A DNA stretch of 36,650 bases. Source: Octopus bimaculoides. Taxonomy: Eukaryota. Below are positions 32,827 through 36,650 of the stretch, one piece after another. The stretch is from contig NC_069002.1 of assembly GCF_001194135.2 (NCBI RefSeq), forward strand, positions 29,048,056 to 29,084,705. Reading direction: 5' to 3'. The notes under the pieces were generated by a model. That model searched no databases and had not been told where the DNA came from. It saw only the letters and a list, made by a program, of their open reading frames with translations. Each line of letters starts with the position of its first letter. Positions within the stretch are counted from its first letter, which is position 1. Made by a program: the position numbers and the translations under genes.

Positions 32827-33670
32827 GTGTGTATAGTTATTATTAATATTAATTAAGGTGGAAGTCATTCTAGGCAATTTATTACTTATTACAATAGATC
32901 TTGTTTATGTTCCCAAGAAATGAAAAATTGTAGCCATTCTTCGTCCGTTTTCTGATTAAATACTGACAATACTGTAATCTTATAGTAATTTTTGTTGCCA
33001 CTCCGTTAATTAGCCCGTCTGTAACGCCTCCACGTGATTAGTTCTGGGGGATGGGAGGAATGGGAGGTATGGTGGAGGGAAAGGGAAGAGGAAGGGAAGG
33101 GAGACGTGGGGAGATACAAGGAGGGAGATGGTGTAAAAAGATTCAGGAAACATTAAGGAGAGGATGTTAGGAAAGAGATAAGAATATGAAAGCTGTGGGC
33201 AAACAAATGTTGAAGCAGTTCTCTTGACAACACTCTATATAAATATCATCAACTAATTTGAACTTTGCACAAGGGAATTTTACCGAGTTCTTTATATAAA
33301 TACCGTTTGAATCTAACAAGTATGTAACATTCACATTATTCATTGTGGCTGTATGTAAATTAGTAATAACAAGATACAGAATATATTATGATAATGACAA
33401 TGTTTGTAGATGTAGAATGGGTGTGTATAAGCTTCATTTGTTTGTTGACTGTGTGCATGTGTACAGTCGAAGAACCTCAAAAAGAGGGAATACCCTTAAT
33501 GATTTACAAATTCTCACTTTACAACCCATCGATTTTATTTGGAGAATATGTATCGTTCAATCTTTAATTTTGGATGCACTCTAGCTTTTCTAGTTTTTGT
33601 TTTTTTTGGTTAATGCAGAAACAAGTGAAACTTTTACTGTAGAATATTACAGTTTTATATTTGTCGTAGT

Positions 33671-34051
33671 GGAGGCGCAATGGCCCAGTGGTTAGAGCAG
33701 CAAACTCGCGGTCATAGGATCGCGGTTTCGATTCCCAGACCGGGCGTTGTGAGTGTTTATCGAGCGAAAACACCTAAAGCTCCACGAGGCAGGGGATGGT
33801 GGCGAACCCTGCTGTACTCTTTCACTATAACTTTCTCTCACTCTTACTTCCTGTTTCCGTTGTGCCTGTAATTCAAAGGGTCAGCCTTGTCACACTGCGT
33901 CACGCTGAATATCCCCAAGAACTACGTTAAGGGTACACGTGTCTGTGGTGTGCTCAGCCACTTGCACGTTAATTTCACGAGCAGGCTGTTCCATTGATCG
34001 GATCAACTGGAACCCTCGACGTCGTAAGCGACGGAGTGCTAACAACAACAA
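33671..34051 (+). mobile_element. family C tRNA-derived SINE, full length, (CAA)n tail
   Basis: ggaggcgcaatggcccagtggttag (A box) ... ggtttcgattccc (B box) ... aacaacaacaa; flanked by atatttgtcgta / atattggtcgta (12-bp duplication, 1 mismatch). Confidence 0.88.
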
Positions 34052-34429
34052 TATTGGTCGTAAGTTCTCGAAAAATGTTCTCCTTTTCTCACTTTATCAA
34101 GAGACAATAATGAAAATACTTCTAAAATTTTATCCCTACCTCAATTATAAATTTACATTAGAACTTATAACTATTGTTGCAATTAGTTATATTACTAAAT
34201 GTTGAAATGATAATTTAATGTGTTTGATAATGTGTCTGTTAGAGAAGGAATAACATGTATTTATGCAACAATTTGGAATATGCAGCGATTTTCTGGGATC
34301 AGTATAGGTTAGCATGTAAAAAACAGCTTATAGACATTGTCGTGTTTTTCCAGGTACATGAACTAATAAAATTGAATAACATCGCATAAATCGTGCTGTT
34401 GTTATATATATATATATATATATATGATT

Positions 34430-34615
34430 GACCGTTGACTGAACACTATTCAATTTTTTTTCTCCGTGTTTTTCTCCTTGTCTCCGTATTCTTTCTGTTG
34501 AAGAGCGTAGCTCGAAACGTCAAAGACTTTCCGTATTCCCGAGCGTCATACTAATATATACTTTTGTTATTTACACCACCTGTCCTCGTCTGTTGTTATT
34601 ATTTGTATATTCTCC
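34430..34615 (+). mobile_element. Penelope-like pseudo-LTR fragment with hammerhead-like motif
   Basis: Between (TA)n runs; contains tcttt-ctgttga-a-gagc-gta-gctc-gaaa-cgtc-aaaga (34490-34526). Confidence 0.6.
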
Positions 34616-35183
34616 CATATATATATATATATATATACACATACATAAAATGGAAAATTCCTATTTGTAAACCTCTCAACGTGAGATATTCACTAACAGT
34701 ACTCTAGAATAAAGGTTAATTGCCAACATAACGCGCCATGTTGTTGGGGAAAAGACCTCTTACCGCACACCAGCGCCTCCGCGTCCTCTGCTTTTTCATA
34801 CTTTTCATTCCATAGATAATATTTTGTAACATCTACAGTATTTCATATTTAGCTAGATACACAACATAAGGTGGTCATAAATAAAAAATGTCACTGACCA
34901 TGTCTTCTGGATTGGGAATCACCTGGATTTGAACAACAATTTCAATTTTTGCCTCGATTTTTAGGAATTAATTATATGTTGGCGTGTAAAAAAAAAAAGA
35001 AACGACATATAAGCATTATCGTGTTTCAATCCCAAATTCTGGCGTCTCCCAAGATGAACGTTGCCGTAACCTGGGACATAAGTTTGATATAGCTTGAAAT
35101 GACGTTTTCTATTCACTATTTCACACAGCTGTTGAGCTACAAGAGTTAGTAAGTATTGAATCAAATCGTATAAATCAAGCTAT

Positions 35184-35222
<39 letters not shown>

Positions 35223-36650
35223 CGTATACATACATACATACATGCATGCATACAGACTTATCTGCCGCTCTTGGTGGGCCAAATTGGTTATGTAATCTAT
35301 GTGAGTGTCTTTTCAAAATATTGTCTGGGTTAAAAAACGACATCACATGCCATGATGGTTCTAAGGTGTAGCCACAGGAGGTGGTCAAACTCTGCATAAA
35401 AAGTAGACAGACACACACCCACACCCACACACCCACACGTATTTTTAAAGGAATGTGCAACGTCACGTATGTGTGTAAATATAAAAAGGAAAAGGTAAGG
35501 AGTGCAAATTTAGAAAGGCAGAAGGAAACAAAAGCTGGAGTAAGGAAAGCTGTTCACTGAATAACAAACACTACACAACCCTCATCAACCACTTCGAACT
35601 TTGCACAAGAGAACGTCTANNNNNNNNNNNNNNNNNNNNNNNNNNNNNNNNNNNNNNNNNNNNNNNNNNNNNNNNNNNNNNNNNNNNNNNNNNNNNNNNN
35701 NNNNNNNNNNNNNNNNNNNNNNNNNNNNNNNNNNNNNNNNNNNNNNNNNNNNNNNNNNNNNNNNNNNNNNNNNNNNNNNNNNNNNNNNNNNNNNNNNNNN
35801 NNNNNNNNNNNNNNNNNNNNNNNNNNNNNNNNNNNNNNNNNNNNNNNNNNNNNNNNNNNNNNNNNNNNNNNNNNNNNNNNNNNNNNNNNNNNNNNNNNNN
35901 NNNNNNNNNNNNNNNNNNNNNNNNNNNNNNNNNNNNNNNNNNNNNNNNNNNNNNNNNNNNNNNNNNNNNNNNNNNNNNNNNNNNNNNNNNNNNNNNNNNN
36001 NNNNNNNNNNNNNNNNNNNNNNNNNNNNNNNNNNNNNNNNNNNNNNNNNNNNNNNNNNNNNNNNNNNNNNNNNNNNNNNNNNNNNNNNNNNNNNNNNNNN
36101 NNNNNNNNNNNNNNNNNNNNNCCATAGAACACTATTTCGTCAATTTTGCTATCAGTGGGTTGCTGTTTTTATTCAGTTAACTCACCAGTATTCTTTGTTT
36201 AGAATCGTGTGAATACATTCTGGTTCTGCTGTAGCTTTGTCATAGCAGTAAAGACAATGCGTTCTTCATATAGCGTTTTTAGTTGGTGTGTGTGTGTGTG
36301 TATGTTTGGCAACAATGTCATGTATAAAAAGGGAATGTAGAATCTTCAAATCATTTTTGGACAGGGAGAGCAAAATCGACATGTTCCGATTCCAGGATGG
36401 CAATGGCACAAGTCTTACAGCTGAAATGTGATGCATTTATTTCAGATCCAGAAGTGGTTGCTCTTAATGTTCGTTGGCATTCTCGAAATTGCCGTATATG
36501 TACCAAATGCATAACATTCTTCTGGTATGAGTCGTATACCTGGAGTACTTGTTCATCGATTTGTTTGCCTAGTTCTTCCTTGCTGAGATTAGTAGCGGAA
36601 CAGGTAAAAGAAATAGAAGCCGTTAATTAAAACTCATACGTAATATGCTC

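Noticed and set aside
33671-33745. tRNA genes at SINE heads (also 6856, 11414, 18181)
   Set aside because: A/B boxes are present but continue into SINE bodies with tails and target duplications; no complete cloverleaf.

Overview
Eukaryotic, repeat-dense, gapped draft-assembly sequence (ten N-runs). The SINE/LINE repertoire looks cephalopod (Octopus-like); the species cannot be fixed from sequence alone. The window holds two tandem, same-strand M17 leucyl aminopeptidase (LAP3/cytosol aminopeptidase-type) genes, both largely missed by the ORF track. Gene B is a complete 14-exon model (8334-30502, 1620 nt CDS, 539 aa) with every splice phase consistent, all seven catalytic/metal residues intact and an N-terminal mitochondrial presequence. 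Gene A is the 3' end of a diverged paralogue (exons 414-493, 3230-3323, 5310-5374); one expected 150-nt exon is not visible and probably lies in the 1687-2132 gap. The most interesting signal is that gene A changes two S1-pocket residues (HLDIAGVM to HLDISGVR, bovine LAP A451S and M454R), suggesting an M17 enzyme of altered specificity. Introns and flanks contain tRNA-derived SINEs of several families, RTE-clade LINE 3' ends, two Tc1/mariner relics, TTAA-flanked MITEs, a hAT MITE, a Helentron-type HINE, a Penelope-like repeat with a hammerhead-like motif and five minisatellites. Nearly all ORF-track ORFs are repeat- or gap-derived and spurious.
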